Source: Amoebidium appalachense (taxonomy: Eukaryota; Protista; Ichthyosporea). Taken from it: DNA of 64,000 nt. The position numbers were made by a program, and so were the translations under genes. The stretch covers positions 6,650,907-6,714,906 of the forward strand of contig CAVNZM010000001.1 of the NCBI GenBank assembly GCA_963693365.1, given 5' to 3'. The notes under the pieces are model-generated. The model saw nothing but the letters and a program-made list of their open reading frames with translations, searched no databases and was not told where the DNA came from. Positions 1 through 28,784 of the stretch are shown one piece after another (within the stretch, counting starts at the first letter, position 1; every line of letters starts with the position of its first letter).

Positions 1-8907
<8,907 letters not shown>

Positions 8908-8967
8908 ACAGGGGTGGATGTGTGTACGTGTGGATGGGTGTCTCTCTGTGTGTATGTGTGTGTGTGT

Positions 8968-8998
<31 letters not shown>

Positions 8999-9492
8999 TG
9001 TACGTAGTTTAGAGCTTACGAAGATACATTTACAATCTGATTGTTGAATGAAGTTCGGAATGTTTGTGAATAATCGAACGATTTGGCTGAATGTGACGTG
9101 TGATGTGCATACAATAAGATCAAGTTTTCAAGTTGGCACAAGTTGGCGAGTACCATATGCTACAGAGTCCGAAAAGGGACAAGGAAAAAGAAGATAGTCG
9201 GTGGTGGTTAAAATGGTCAGGTGAATTTCTCGTTATTTAGCTTTGTATCATTTTGGCTAAGACTTAGCGGTTCTTGCTTCTGATCGTCTAATCTTGCAGC
9301 CTTACGCATTTCGACAATGAAGAGCTCGCACTCCCTATGTATACAGTGGCACATATGCTGTGTGCCTTTGTATTTGATGGCAAAAATACGCTGAAGACCT
9401 GCGGCCTAATAGATCACATTGCCCGCATGTTTATATGCATGCATATGGCACTGCATACATACGGATGCATCCAACAGGTATACGGTGTGTGT

Positions 9493-9523
<31 letters not shown>

Positions 9524-10322
9524 AGGGGGGGGGGGGGGGGGGGGGGGGGGTAGGAAGGGGGAGTGTCATAGCGTGGTACATGTACATGTGCATACACGTG
9601 TGCGCAATGGCCCGGGGAAGGACTGGATTTGGGAGAAAAAAAACAGTTCGACACCTGCTCTTCCTAAATTTGGTTACGGGGTGATTTCCTTTTTTAGATC
9701 CAGTGATTTCTCGCCCACTTTTAGATTTATATATCGCGTACAAGTTGCCTACACACAAGTTCCTATCTATTTTCTGGCCTGGCGACTGGCGACATTACCC
9801 TCAGGGTCCTAATGTTAATCTTTTTGAAAATTTACACAAACCTGATTGCTAATCAATAGTAAATATATAGTAGTAGTAAATTAACATGTACACACCATTA
9901 TGATACTTTCTATCATATTACCAACACACACTCCCATGCCCGATATATTCAAATTTGGCCCAAAATTTTTAGCCGTGGTTACATGCATCGACATATGGCT
10001 GTGTGGTACAAACCTAAATTCGTGCAGGAAGAGAAGGAGGAGGAGGGGGGGGGGGGGGGGGGGGGGGGAGGGGGGGGAGGGGGGGCTATACCTGCACCAA
10101 ATGTCGAGGGTGCCTGCATTCAACGGAAGTATGGCTACCATTTATTTATCCACCACCCACGTGGTAGTTGTATAGTTTCATACAACATATCCTTTCAAGC
10201 ATCATATGAAGACCATACGTGTCATATGCATGATTTAGTTAAAATGATGTACTGTACCCTTCATTTTGCATCCCAATATAGTTACCCAGTTCTATACAGA
10301 ATCCTCACATTAACGTCTTTGA

Positions 10323-11035
10323 TTAGCTCAAAAGGTCACTCTCATTCAAGGCCTCATCTTCTTGCAACTCACCCACCCGATCACCTTCATCCGAAACCTG
10401 CACCCCATGCATAATATCCATCACATAGCGGTGTATAGGATCTTTACAAAACCCCCTGGCCCCATACCCCGGGTGGTAAGGACATGGGTTACAATACTTA
10501 CATGTCTTCTTATTCGGCTTGCCGTGTTCGCACCACAATTCCCTACACATGACACAATTTTCCCTCCGCCTATCATGCTCACACACCCCATACCCCCCGC
10601 AGTCCCTACACCTTCTCCTTCGCTTGTTGTGCTCGCATATCTTTTCGATGTGGCTCCTACTAAGTCTCTTTCTTTCCTTTCTCATTTCCTTACTCGCAGC
10701 AATACACTCAGAACACGTTTCCACCCAAGGCCTCCTTCCATGTGGACATAGTTTTCGTGTCTTATCTCATTGCACAATAATTTCACCGGAATTCCGTGTG
10801 GGCACCCCTTTTTCTTGCATTTTTCGCAATCACTGGCATGCACCAAGTGTTTACATTGCAACATGCCCATTTCCGAACACTTCATGCATCGCCCTGGTAC
10901 CCTGTTGTGTTGGCATCTGTACGTTGCTTTCTGTTTCTGTAGATGTTTGTGGTTGGAAGGTTTGGGGGGCCTGTCTTGCTTGGAGCTGCTGAAATGTTTG
11001 TGAAGTGTAAGTGTAAGTGTAAGTGTGTGTGTGTG

Positions 11036-11071
<36 letters not shown>

Positions 11072-11087
11072 TAGGCGGTTCTGTGCG

Positions 11088-11135
<48 letters not shown>

Positions 11136-11593
11136 GGAATAGTTCCGAGCACAATACATGCTATCTCACCGCAACAATACATGTAACAGTAGCAAACAAT
11201 CAATACACAAAAGAGCACAATGGCCACCTTGCGAGATTAGCAAAAAGAGCAACAGATATGAGGTGCAGTGGGTAGCGGGGAGAAGAAACATAGTCGTTTG
11301 AAAACAATTGCTAGAAGAGTGGGACAGGAAAGGAACAGGTGGTGTATGTGCCTGCTCTCATGTCCATGTGTTCGTGTGTGCGGGTATGCGTGTGTGGGCC
11401 TGTGTGTATGTCAATAGGTGTTAGGGGGCAAGAAGAGACTTGGTTGTCATGCGCAAGAGTCGTGTGGATGGTGGTGGTAGCACGTACATGCGTGCATGTC
11501 ATGTATAACGATTGATCTGTTTGCTCCTCATTTTCATTCTGGTTTTTTTTGCCCGTGCGTCTGGTGTGCGTGTGTGTATGTGTGTGTGTGTAT

Positions 11594-11631
<38 letters not shown>

Positions 11632-11682
11632 AAATGTATGTGTGTGTGTGTGGATGGGTGTGTGGATGGGTAGTTGCGCCCG

Positions 11683-11721
<39 letters not shown>

Positions 11722-12195
11722 CTAAAGGCGGACAAGGGCACACAAGATATGACATCTTCGAGATAAAGAAACACAACAAACAATTCAAGCAGTGACGACA
11801 TTTTAAGCAAGAAAAAACCCCACGACATCCAGCAAAGGAGGAAGAACACTACCTAAAAATAGCCCGATAGTATGCACACAGCTGCAGCCAGAAACGTAAA
11901 CGGTAGAAGACGATGGGGGGTGTATGGAAGACTGGGGTGGGGGGGAGGGGGGGGAGGGGGGGGGGGGGGGGGGGGGGGATGGTGGGATGAGGTTATAGAG
12001 CACAGCACGAGGTATCAGCCACTCAAAAAAAAACTAGTGTTATGTTGATACGCAGCAACGGGAATATGAAGAAATTGAAAAGGCGAGTGTAAAATGTGAA
12101 TATAGATACACAAATAATCAAATAACTGTGTAATACGACATAGGCCTTTTCAGCACCGACACAGTAAGAGAGGAGGAGGGTGGCCGGCCGGGCAA

Positions 12196-12229
<34 letters not shown>

Positions 12230-13135
12230 GAATGCGGAACACAGTACGAAGTACAAGTACACGATGAGAAACATGGTGCAGGACACATGCAAAGGCAAAC
12301 ATTCAAGTATGCAACATCAGCAACGCGTGCATTACGCAAAATAAGCAGAGCCCATCCTGGGGGGGAGGGGGGGTTTGAATGCGGAACACGGTACGAAGTA
12401 CGCATACACGACGAGAAGCATGGTGCAGGACACATACAAAGGCAAACATTCAAGTATGCAACATCAGCCATGTGCACAGTATGCGTCATAAGCAGAGCCC
12501 ATCCTCAGGGAGGACCCAAGTCATCAATTGCGTCTGTGTTTCGACCCCTTAGCCTGCGTATATATATATATATATATCTCATAGTATGTATATATATATA
12601 TATGGGGGGGGGGGGAGGGCAATGAGGGAGGGGGGATTTGTGCATTGAGAGGGTGGCAAACATGGATGCAAAGCCATTCACAAAGCCACAACGTGTAAAA
12701 CACAAAAGACAAAAAAAACATAACCCATTGTGCAGGCAGATGATGTGATGTTGCTTCAACACAGCCCATCATCTCGTTTCCTCCAAATGAAGGGCCTTAC
12801 CTTTTATCCTTGTCGGGTGGTGGTCTAGTGGCAGTCTTTCTCACTTTTATGTTTTTGCGCCTTGTACTCCTCCCTGCTGCAAAGTGTGGTTAGACACATG
12901 GGTGTATGCAGTAACATGACAACCAAACACTGAAAAAAACGCTAACCCCCCCCCCCCCCCCCCCCCCCGCCCCCCGTCCCACCTCCCCTCCTACCACCAA
13001 AACACCAACACCCACCATCACTTTTCAAACCATAAATGCCTCTGTGAATTGCTGGAGAAGGCGCACCCAATTCTCCCCACTCAAAGGTGCACATCCACCC
13101 ACACACACACATACACACCCACACGCACGCGCGCG

Positions 13136-13208
<73 letters not shown>

Positions 13209-13543
13209 GGAGGTACGCACGCACGCACACAGACACACACACAGTAACACATGCACACACCCTCACATGCATGAACACCTTCCCACACGAGCGGGTAGAT
13301 GTAAGTACGCATGCATCCACTCCCACCCACACACCCTTACACATAACGCCATGCATTATAGAACTTATAGAACACCATAGCCCATTAATAATAAAACAAG
13401 GAAAGGGGCAATCAGACATGAATTATAGATGGGCAAAAGGAGAAGAAGTGAAAAAGAAATAAAGTGGGGGGAGTGCAGGAAAAGGGAAATGTGGGCAGGA
13501 GGAAAACACGGGGGAGGGAGGAGGGCTATGTGCGTGTGTGTGT

Positions 13544-13583
<40 letters not shown>

Positions 13584-14524
13584 CTCATTCATACCATCAT
13601 AGTCGCTGTCATTGCTATCGTCATGTTCATCCGATTGGACATAGTCCGAAAATTTCACCCTCACTTCCTACTGAATACGTGCCCGTAATTTGGGTATTTT
13701 CGTCCATTTCATCGTATTCCTCGTTTTCTCATACCCCGCGTGTCATTCCCACCCCATCATTTCTCTTGTTTGTTCTCCCCGTTTCGTCGACTGAGTTTTC
13801 ATTCTTTTTCTTTCTTCCCCGGTTCTCTTTCTTCTCTTCCCTCCTCATCGATTCTTTTTGCGCCAACCGTGCCGATCTTTTCTGAAATTTCGCAATTTCG
13901 GGCTCTAACCCCGTTTCCAATTTTCACTTTCTTCCTCTCCTTCTTCTTTTTTTTTGTCTCTGACGTCTCTGCCATGCTCTGTTCATACGTTAACCCATCT
14001 TTACTCTCATCATTCCCACCAAAATTCATTCATTCCTTGTAATATTTCCCCGTCCCCATCAACCTCCATCTTAATTTCTACCTCATTTGTCAATACATCA
14101 CCGCCTCCGTTAAATCTCCCCACCTTTCCGTCCCCTTCTCCCTGATAAGCAAAACCTCCACCATTCTGTCCATCTTCCTCACTTCCCCCACCTTCATCCC
14201 CTCCATCTTTCCCCCTTCTCCATCATCATCATTTTCATTTTCCGTGCCGTCTCCCATGTAAAACCCCCCCACCCTTATTTTTCCTTCTGCCCCCTCACCA
14301 AAAACTTCACTGGTCTGTCCATCCTCCCCATTTTGCGCACCTTCATCCCCACCAATTTCCTCCCCTCCTTCTCCATTATAAATTCCAGTTCCCAGGTCAA
14401 TTTTCAAATTTGGCCTTGATCGGACCCCCACAGGAAACTCACTCTCAGCAGGGCGGTGATACCTAGGAAGAGGCACGACAACAGGTGCTGGTTCCCTTGG
14501 CTGGGTTGCAGAATATGGTTCATT
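10323..14524 (-). pseudogene. Decayed spliced gene: acidic Gly/Glu-rich exon plus C-terminal C-x-H...C-x2-C (CEH-type) putative Zn-binding repeats
   Basis: Exons 14524-13595, 12876-12801 and 10988-10323 have GT-AG ends and matching phases (1, then 2). The last exon encodes CQHNRVPGRCMKC, CPHGRRPWVETCSEC, CEHNKRRRRCRDCGGYGVCEHDRRRENCVMC and CEHGKPNKKTCKYC but is frameshifted near 10765. The 14524-13595 exon has several frameshifts and stops. The 5' end was not found. Confidence 0.65.
12226..12505 (+). repeat. Two diverged tandem copies (~147-bp period) of a dispersed repeat
   Basis: GAATGCGGAACAC.GTACGAAGTAC...CATGGTGCAGGACACAT.CAAAGGCAAACATTCAAGTATGCAACATCAGC...ATAAGCAGAGCCCATCCT starts at 12230 and at 12377, each right after a G-run. 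Confidence 0.9.
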
Positions 14525-14528
14525 CTGT

Positions 14529-14559
<31 letters not shown>

Positions 14560-14805
14560 GAGGGGGGGGGAGGCCAGGGCAGGGAAGGAGGTAGAGAGGG
14601 GGAGGGAGGGAGGGAGAGGGAGGGAGGGAGGGAGGGTAAGAGGGAGGTAGGGAGGGAGCAGGGAAGGAGGGAGGGAGGGAGGGAGGGAGGGAAGAGAGAG
14701 TCTTTTTCTTTAACGGATTTTGCAGTTAATGAAATGACCATACAGAACAGCAGAATGTTTCTCACAAAATGGTCTTCCGACCATAATTGATAGCCACATG
14801 AAAGC

Positions 14806-14857
<52 letters not shown>

Positions 14858-16088
14858 GTGCACGTGCGCGCGCACATGCTCAAGTATGTTGTGTGTGCTC
14901 GTCGTGATGGTGATTGTGGTAGTATCGGCTGATAGGAGGAGGAGGTGGTGGAGGAGGTGGTGGTGGTGGTGGTGATGGTGGTGTGTGTGTGTGTGTGTGT
15001 GTGTGTGCGATCGTCATGGACCACACCTTTTACTACTTGTTGGTTTAAATTTGCTTTAAAAATTTAAACATATACAAAGTGCTTTTTTCATCAGTCGTCC
15101 ACGTGCAGCACTCTGAGCTGGCGAAGTGTGCACATGGTCTTTGTGCAGTTTGAATTCAACGCTATTAGGTCGAAAAAGCCTTGGCAAAGATGAAAACACG
15201 AAGTTCCCACATGGCAAAGCCATAAGAGGGAAGACTAAGTGCTAAGGTATTCTGCGTGTTGTGTATGGGTGTGCCTGTATAAAAAATATGTGTGGTTGTG
15301 GTCGTGCACATGCATTATGATTGTTGCTCTCAATATTTCTGCCAAGCTACTATAAAAGCAATTGTGCTCTGCAATTGTCGACATGGACAGTCATCTTCCT
15401 TTTTTCGACAACGTTCAAAAGCGCCAAGTACGATGACTGTAGTTGAACATAAATTATAACCAACACACTGGATAAGGAGGCCTTGCCCACCATACTACTG
15501 AGATGAGAAGCAATTAGAATCAAGCAGCCAGCTGAACACAAGACACCCCGTGGTTACCACACAAGCAATTTTTTCCCCCTCAAGCAGTAGTTGATATCGG
15601 CGCAGGTGAACTTCCCCCTCCAAAAAAAAAAAAGAGGAGGGGGGCGGGCAAATAAGAAAGCAGTTGCTGGTGGGCAACACAACTTAAAGCCGGTTTCTGG
15701 CAAACACCCCAGGCCTTTACTTTAGTGTGGTTTCCTTTCTCGATTTTTGGCATTCGTCCAAAGGTTACATAAATCATCATACACCATTCAGACTCTACAC
15801 CTCAGACCCACACCCAAAGAGGCGCTGCCTTAGGGGTGTGTTCCTTTTTGGGTAAGCAACGTGCATACTTGGTCTAATTTGTCCTACTTGCCTTGCCTAT
15901 TCGGGGAACACGAAATAGGGAAGCCCGACTGAGCAGCAAAACCAAAATCCCTACAGTTCTGTTCACACACGGGTTCAAGAATAGGAGCCCATCTAGTTGC
16001 AAAAGTTACTCCAAAAAACATTTTGAGCTAGCAACAAAACGAAAAAACCCCACCAGCCACGTTAATCTTACCACCTATACAAAAAGAA

Positions 16089-16811
16089 TCACAAAAACTC
16101 TGGGGGAAAAACGCTGTCTAGGTTTACCGTTTCGCAACGTTCGTCCGTCCCTGTGTCAGAAACACCGTGCATTCTCTTCACGTGTTTGTCCCTCACATTC
16201 TGTGCCTTGAATGCTTTCTTACAGCCAGCGTGAGGACATGGAAACGGTCTCTCAGAGTTTCTAGCGTGCTGACGTAAGTGTCTGTCCAGAAGGTAACTTC
16301 GCGAAAAAGTTTCTTCACATCCATCATAAGTGCACAGAAAAGTCTCCCCCGTGTGCGTTTTCATGTGCGCTCTCAAGCAGTTTATGTGGTTGAAGGCTCG
16401 CCCGCACCCTTCCTCCGTGCACGGAAACAAATTTTCGTTGTGGTGGACAGCAAGGTGGTAATTAAGTTGTTTTTTCTTCATAAATTCCTTGTTGCAGCCC
16501 TCCAAAGGGCACGTGAAGCAAGTCTGCCCAGGTGGTAACGGATCGCCTAAGTGAACCTGTGAATGTTTCCGTAGCTGAGCTTGGATCTTAAACTTTGCTT
16601 CACAAAAAATGCAAGCGAAAGGCTTTTCGTCAGAGTGCTTGCATCTTTCGTGATCGATCAGGTGAGGTTTTTGTCTGAAGGCCTGGCCACATCCTTCATA
16701 TGGGCACACGAATGGTCTTTCGTCAGTGTGTGAAAGGAAATGTCGTCTCAAGGCCGCATAGTTCGTCGTCTCATATGTGCAGGGTGCATAAGTGCATTGA
16801 TGGAGTACCAT
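16089..16811 (-). CDS. Intronless 7-finger C2H2 zinc-finger protein, TFIIIA-like (240 aa)
   Basis: Seven C-x2/4-C...H-x3/4-H fingers with HTDERPF and HSDEKPF linkers. The CPYEGC, CPLEGC and CTEEGC knuckles and FMKKKQL resemble TFIIIA fingers. It has fewer than the canonical 9 fingers, so orthology is uncertain. Confidence 0.85.
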   Translation of the reverse strand: MVLHQCTYAPCTYETTNYAALRRHFLSHTDERPFVCPYEGCGQAFRQKPHLIDHERCKHSDEKPFACIFCEAKFKIQAQLRKHSQVHLGDPLPPGQTCFTCPLEGCNKEFMKKKQLNYHLAVHHNENLFPCTEEGCGRAFNHINCLRAHMKTHTGETFLCTYDGCEETFSRSYLLDRHLRQHARNSERPFPCPHAGCKKAFKAQNVRDKHVKRMHGVSDTGTDERCETVNLDSVFPPEFL

Positions 16812-17447
16812 GTTTGATGTATCTTTTCTTTTGTTGTAACCAGAGCTGCTGTGGGCTTAGCTAACGAAAACGAGCAAATAGAGAGGGATGCCTGGTATAG
16901 TATAGGTGAATGAGTGGTGGTCAAAAAGGCCGTGAGAGACTCGAACATGACCTTGCGTTTCTTGAAAAAAAGCACACACGTCAATGAGCTCGTGAGGACA
17001 TGTTTCGCGCCTAAAAGCTGCAAATTTTGCAAAAGCTGTAACGGTCGGCGCCAGTGATGCTAAAAATAGAAACCTAAAAATATTAAGCTGGAATTGCAAT
17101 GGTGTCCCTGATCGGAAGATGAGGCCTTGCCCTGATCGCATGAGAGAAAGCTAAAAAAAATTAAGTAACCTGAGATTGCAATATTGGAGCCCTTGATCAC
17201 GAGACGGGCCCAGGCTTCTAGTCAGAAATTTTGAAAAGAAAAAGAAAACAAAAAACAGTACCACACAGAACCCTCCTCAGCCCCCTCCTCCCCTGCCGCC
17301 CCCCTCCCCCCCTCGCCCCCCGCCTCTGCCACCCTTTTCTTACCTCGTGTACATGGGCCTCCCCTACATATCTCTCCGAGGACTACGTAGAATTATACCA
17401 AAGTGCCCCCCCCCCCCCCCCCCCACCCCTTTCTCTCTCTCTCTCTC

Positions 17448-17594
<147 letters not shown>

Positions 17595-18325
17595 CCCCCC
17601 CCCCCCCCCCCCAACCCACCCACCCAGCCCCAGTAACTTGGCACAAAGAAATGGCAAGGTTTTATGTATGCCGTTATCTCTTCACCTCGACGTTCGTATA
17701 GATCGGACGAGCACGATTGTTACGCAGCCACCCCATTTCTCCTACTGAAATTCCCCGTGCATTTGCAGCTGGCGGTCACAGTGACTCCCCACCTACATAC
17801 CACGTTACAGGCATAGGTCCTTCAGATTGTTTATGCATCTCCCTCCCTCCTGCTTTGCACGTAAGGCTTCATATATGCAGCAAACAACAAAGGCTCATAT
17901 GCACACAAATGTCTCATAACAGTAGACCACTGCAACCTCCGATTGCAATCAAGAGGAAGGTACTGACCGTCAGGCAAAAATTGCAAGAAAAAACTTTATT
18001 TACAAAAAAATTTAGCTGGCTGTCATTGGATACACAGGCATCAATCTTCCAATCAGGCTGCTTCGTACGCTGTTTCATGCAAACTCACACAAGCAAAAAC
18101 GACACCAAAAATACATTTGTGCTGTTCCCCATTTCCATCCTCAGTCCACTCATCCCCCCCTCCCCCCTCCCGCCCCCCAAAAAAAGAAGAAGAAGAAGAA
18201 GAAGAAGAAGACAGCGCTAACCGTCACATCGAATGCTCTAGAAAACAGCCTTATACTTGACTGAATTAAGCTTTTGAGATTCAAATGAAGCATCCGCAGT
18301 CTGAGAGTAGAGGCACACAAACGTG

Positions 18326-18422
<97 letters not shown>

Positions 18423-18650
18423 ATTTGTGTGTGAGCTTGTTTATGTGTGCGCGCGAGCGCGTGTGTGTGCCTGTGACGGTGTGTGTACGTGTGTGTGTGT
18501 ACGTGTGCTTTTGTGTGTGCACGCGCGCATGCACGCGCAGGTCGCTTTTGCGTGTTGAAAATCATAAACATCAAACTGTCAGCGATCTACATACATGCCC
18601 GTAACACTCAAAGGATAAAAAAAAAAACTGAAAGTTTTATCGACCCCATC

Positions 18651-23787
<5,137 letters not shown>

Positions 23788-25777
23788 TTTGTGTTATGCG
23801 TGCAGCGGCATGAGTTGAAACTCCCACCATATAAAGAAAAATGTTCCAAAACAAGTTGTGCAACGTTTTAAAGTGTCCCACTATATACGATTAGTCAGAT
23901 GGATTGGTGCAGAAGCTCGCTGTTACGGGATCCGAGGCTTCAAAAGTGAACAAATTGATTCATATCATCTACGTGCCAAGCTTGTGGTGTTTAAAGAGTG
24001 GTGTGCACTATTCACTGTGCAGCTGCCTACCTAATGTGCGTGTTGTGCTCCTCGACCTGTTCAAAGTAAGATATGCATGGTTGGTGTGCCCCTTTGATCA
24101 AGCATGGGGGTGGGGCGACAGTTGTGACATAGGGCCCTTGAAAAACCAGGGAAACAAGCGCGAAAAAAGTGCTAATGTGTATATTAGGTGTATCATATGA
24201 GTAAAGTTACAATGTTCGCTCACCCATCTACTACTTGAACAGGTCAAGTCGTCCCGGCTGGCACAGGAAATGTACTCTCTAGATCTCTGACCCGGGGTCT
24301 AATGGGTCGCATTTTTCTTCTTGTAGCTGGATTATGCCTGGATATGATATTATCATTTATTCAACCGATGGATGGCTAAACTACATATGCATGGCTTATA
24401 GGACGCATGGGGGGGTAAAAGTAACACTTTACGAGGTATCCAATCGCAGGTTCACAATGTGATATTTAAAAACTGTGTGACAATCATAATGATATTCAAA
24501 GAAGCAAATTTAAAAGTTTGGATAGGTTCACTTGGGCCCATTAATCCAATTCAAATATTCGAAAGGTGAATTGAATATTTATAACAGCCTTATTTAATTG
24601 TATTATTGATAACACTAAATAGGCTGTACATAACTACTGAGTATCTTTGATCCACAAGACCCGTAACAAGACCATATGAAATTGCGAAACCATGTGATCA
24701 GGCTCAACGATTTGAGGCTCAATCAGCCCCGGCGAAAATCAACCTAAATTCAAAGGGGGGACAATAGCCACGATCTGTCTGGTATGAATGGTAGCCAGTG
24801 ATTGGTGACCTAAAAAAGCCCCAACCAATCAGCGCAACCGTGGACAGCTGAGTTGGGTCAGGCGCGTGACACCCATCTGTTTCACCAATATATCACCTAT
24901 ATAAAGTTGCCTGAGTTATGTAAATAGTAGCCCATGTAGCAGATATGTATTATTATTAGCTTGCAAAATTGCAAATGACATAGAAAATATGATTTAGAGC
25001 TGATATTTCCGTTTTGTTGGGGTGTACTGACCGACCAAGGCATTGAAAGCTGATCATCAGCATATGGCGTCATCACAGCAATACAAAAGCATGTACTCCT
25101 CTGCGTACGGAAAGCTACAAAGTCGTATCAATACCAGGCTACCAGCTCTGGTAAGTTATTTTTTTGCGTTGAGACTATGCGGGAAACCTGATAATGATAA
25201 ACTTTTGGATGAATTGTCAAAGTAATATCACCTATATAAGTCCCGTTGGACGGCCTTTCGACTGCTGCCTGACCATGGACAAATAAGGTGTAAAGGGTTG
25301 CACACCGCAGACTAGTATTCTGCCGCCAAAATCGAGAGTAAGCCAATGGAAATCATCCCCGCAAAACCCACCTTTTGGTTCAACAAAACCTTGCCACAAC
25401 ATACCAACCCTCCACGACCACCACCACCACACCCCATCATCCACCCATACCCACCGTATTCTACAACCCTGTATACCCCCGGGGATACACAACACTTAGG
25501 ACTTCCCAATACTGTAGATTGACGAGCCTCCTGCCGGCGTGGCTGGGGTAGTAGCCCTGGGCAAAGTGTGTACTTATAGTTAGGTTGTGAAGGAATGGTT
25601 TAGCTTAGCTGAACTCATAGATAGCACCTTAACTAGTATACTGTCGGTGCTGTGTGGTAGACGGTAGTTTCCCTAGAGGGCCTGAAACGGCCCTCCGGGA
25701 ACACAACGTGATAAAATAAAAAATAGAAAACCAATGGGAAATCATGCAACACGCAGGCTAGCCGCTAGCCTGAGCTC

Positions 25778-26919
25778 ATGGCGGCCGCGCCGCTGCCGCC
25801 GCACCGCAGCGAAGCTCTAGGTAAAAGGTTTAGTTTGTCCCATGCTGTCAAACTGTTTCCCTTTTTCTCATCCACTGTAGCCACGTTGGTCAAAAGGAAA
25901 AGGAGTTGCGATTTGCTTATAGGCACGAGGGTTTGCTGATAGGCACAAAGGAAGCACACAAACAGGCACACACACGCACGCAAGCACACACACACACACA
26001 TACACACACACAAACACGCCTACCATGGGGTCAAAAAAGAAAGCCATGGAACACGCAGATGTTCTGTTCTCGCGTGCCCCTCTTACTTTTTACGCGCTGC
26101 CCACAAATACCTCAACAACACTCTCCTGGCGCGTGGGGAAGCAACCGATAGCGAGATTGCAAAAGTAGTTTGCAGCGAGCGCTACAGCACACAGAGGGTA
26201 ATAGAAGCACTTACGCAAAGCAAGGACGCGCAGGTGTTGGTGGGAGAGGTTTTTACTGCCAGCATAACGATGTACGCGAAACTTAAGAGGGATATACCGC
26301 AACAGAGCGCGGACACGCTTACGCAAATACTCGAACATGTGGACAAGAAGTACAACGATGGGAAGACCACTTACAATGATTTTATTGGGTTTGTGTGCTT
26401 TTCGTTCAGTACCTGCACAAAGTACAAAAAAGATTTGATTGGGCCGAAGTTTGTAAAGGCGGGGACACCGGATCAGTTGCCAAAGTTAAGGTTTATAGAC
26501 CCAAAGGATGGGTGGTCGGAGCTGGTAAGTTGATGTTGGAACACGTGCACACAAGCACACATACACGCACACACACTTGTCTCTGCACACGCACATACAT
26601 TCACACGCGGCAGCTTCATAAGCACAAGCGCAAACATAAGTCTGCACATCTAGAGGAACACGCGCTTGCGCAAACACACACAAGCAGTGTGCAAATCCAT
26701 AAAGTTAGGTGGAAAGAAACGCACAAAAACACCAAACACACCTTTGCACTTGTGTATACATACATACATACACTCGCATATGCGCGTGCACACACACATA
26801 CACACACACATCGAGAGAGAGAGAGGGGGGGGGGAGGGGGGAGAGGGAGAGATGGAAAGGGAGGGAGGGAGGGGGAGACACATACAATTGCACGCAGGCA
26901 CACACCATAACGATTGCAT

Positions 26920-26975
<56 letters not shown>

Positions 26976-26997
26976 CACAGGCACACACACACAGACA

Positions 26998-27030
<33 letters not shown>

Positions 27031-27686
27031 GCACAGGCACACACACACACACACATACACACACCCATACACTCACCATGGCTCGTACACACACACACAA
27101 ATTCACACGACACACGTGCACACACACACATACACGCGCGTGTGCGCGCACAAGCGAACAGCAAGAAAACCCTTGCAATCAGATATGAAAGATGCATAGT
27201 TGCAGTAGCAGAAACCACCAAGAGACTCGTATCTAACCAGGAAACCAACAAATCCATTTGTTAAGTCATACCCAATCACCCATGCACGTAACCCACAGAC
27301 ACCCAGACACGCGCAGGCCTCCCTCGGTTGCATGGTGCACATGGAAGAAACGGCAAGGGCCGTGTTGGAGAGCGGCACACTCCCCCTGTTTGTGGAGAAT
27401 TTGAAGGCACCAAAGAAAACGTTCGATTACAAAGACATGGACAGCACGGAGCTGTTTCAAATGTTGATGGCTCAGGGCAGCCCGGAGGCGGTGATGAATT
27501 TCATGAACACGAGCATGTGTGTCCTGCCTGGAATGCAGCAGGTATGTGTGTGTGTGTGAGTTGGGGGGAGGAAGGTGGGGGTGGAGGCGTGGGCTGGGGG
27601 GGAGGGGGGGGGGGGGGGGGGGGGGGTGGGTGTGTGTGTATGGGGGGGGGGGAGGGCGGGGGGAGGGGGGGGGTTGAGGGTGGGAG

Positions 27687-27717
<31 letters not shown>

Positions 27718-27828
27718 GGGGGGGGAGGGGGAGGGGAGGAAGGGGGAAGTAGGTGTGTGTGAATGGTGTGGGGGGGGGGGGGGAGGGGGATGGGTGTGTG
27801 TGTGTGTGTGTGGACGGGTGGGGAGGGG

Positions 27829-27887
<59 letters not shown>

Positions 27888-28753
27888 TGTTTGTGTGTTT
27901 GTGTTGTGCGGTTGTGTGTACCCATGTGTGCACGTGTGAGTGTGGGTGTGTGTGTTGGGGGGGGGGGGGGGGGGGAGGGACGTAGGGCGGAGGGGGGGGG
28001 GGGGGGGGTATAGTTTTGCAAATGTAGAGGGATTCCTGAATGAAATGGGGCAGAGCAGATTGGGAGGAAGGGGCTATGGACCGGGGAAGGGGGGGAGGGG
28101 AGCAGGGGGCAGGGCAAAGTGTTGGCGCTTGGGAGGAGAAAGAGATGCGGCATCGTTTTTTGGTTGGTTGGGGGGGGGGGGGGGGGGGGGGGGGGGAGGA
28201 GGGATAGGCTGGAGGTTGATTGCATCTTTTTTTTTTTTTTTTTGCTTTGTTTTCGGGTCTGCTTGTCTTCTGGGCGCCACAATCACTCCATCCCACCTCT
28301 ATCCCTATAGGGCGCTTCTCCGGTCCCCCCTCCCCACCCTCCCCGCCACCCCCTTTCTTTGTCTATCTCTTTCTCTCTCTCTTCCTCCCCCCCTCCCCCC
28401 CTTCTCTCCCCTTCATGTGCCCCGAGGGCGGGCTCTGTTTATGATGCATGTTCTTTGGGTGTGCTCTTTTTTGCAAAATTTACATCATAGTATCGTTTGT
28501 CATTGGTGGATGTGTGTTTCTCACTATTACATTCCCCCCCCCCACCCCCTTCCCCTTCCCTGCCTTCCTCCTCCATATCTCCCACGCAACCATCACTCAC
28601 ATCCATCCCCCCTCCCCCTCCCCCTCCCCCCCTCACTCCCCTCCCTTTCCCCATAAACCTTAACCCCCTCCCCTTCCCCTTCCCCTCTCCGCCCCTCCCC
28701 CCCCCCCCCCCCCCCCCCTCAACCACCACCCCACCCCATTCTCATCCCCCCCC

Positions 28754-28784
<31 letters not shown>

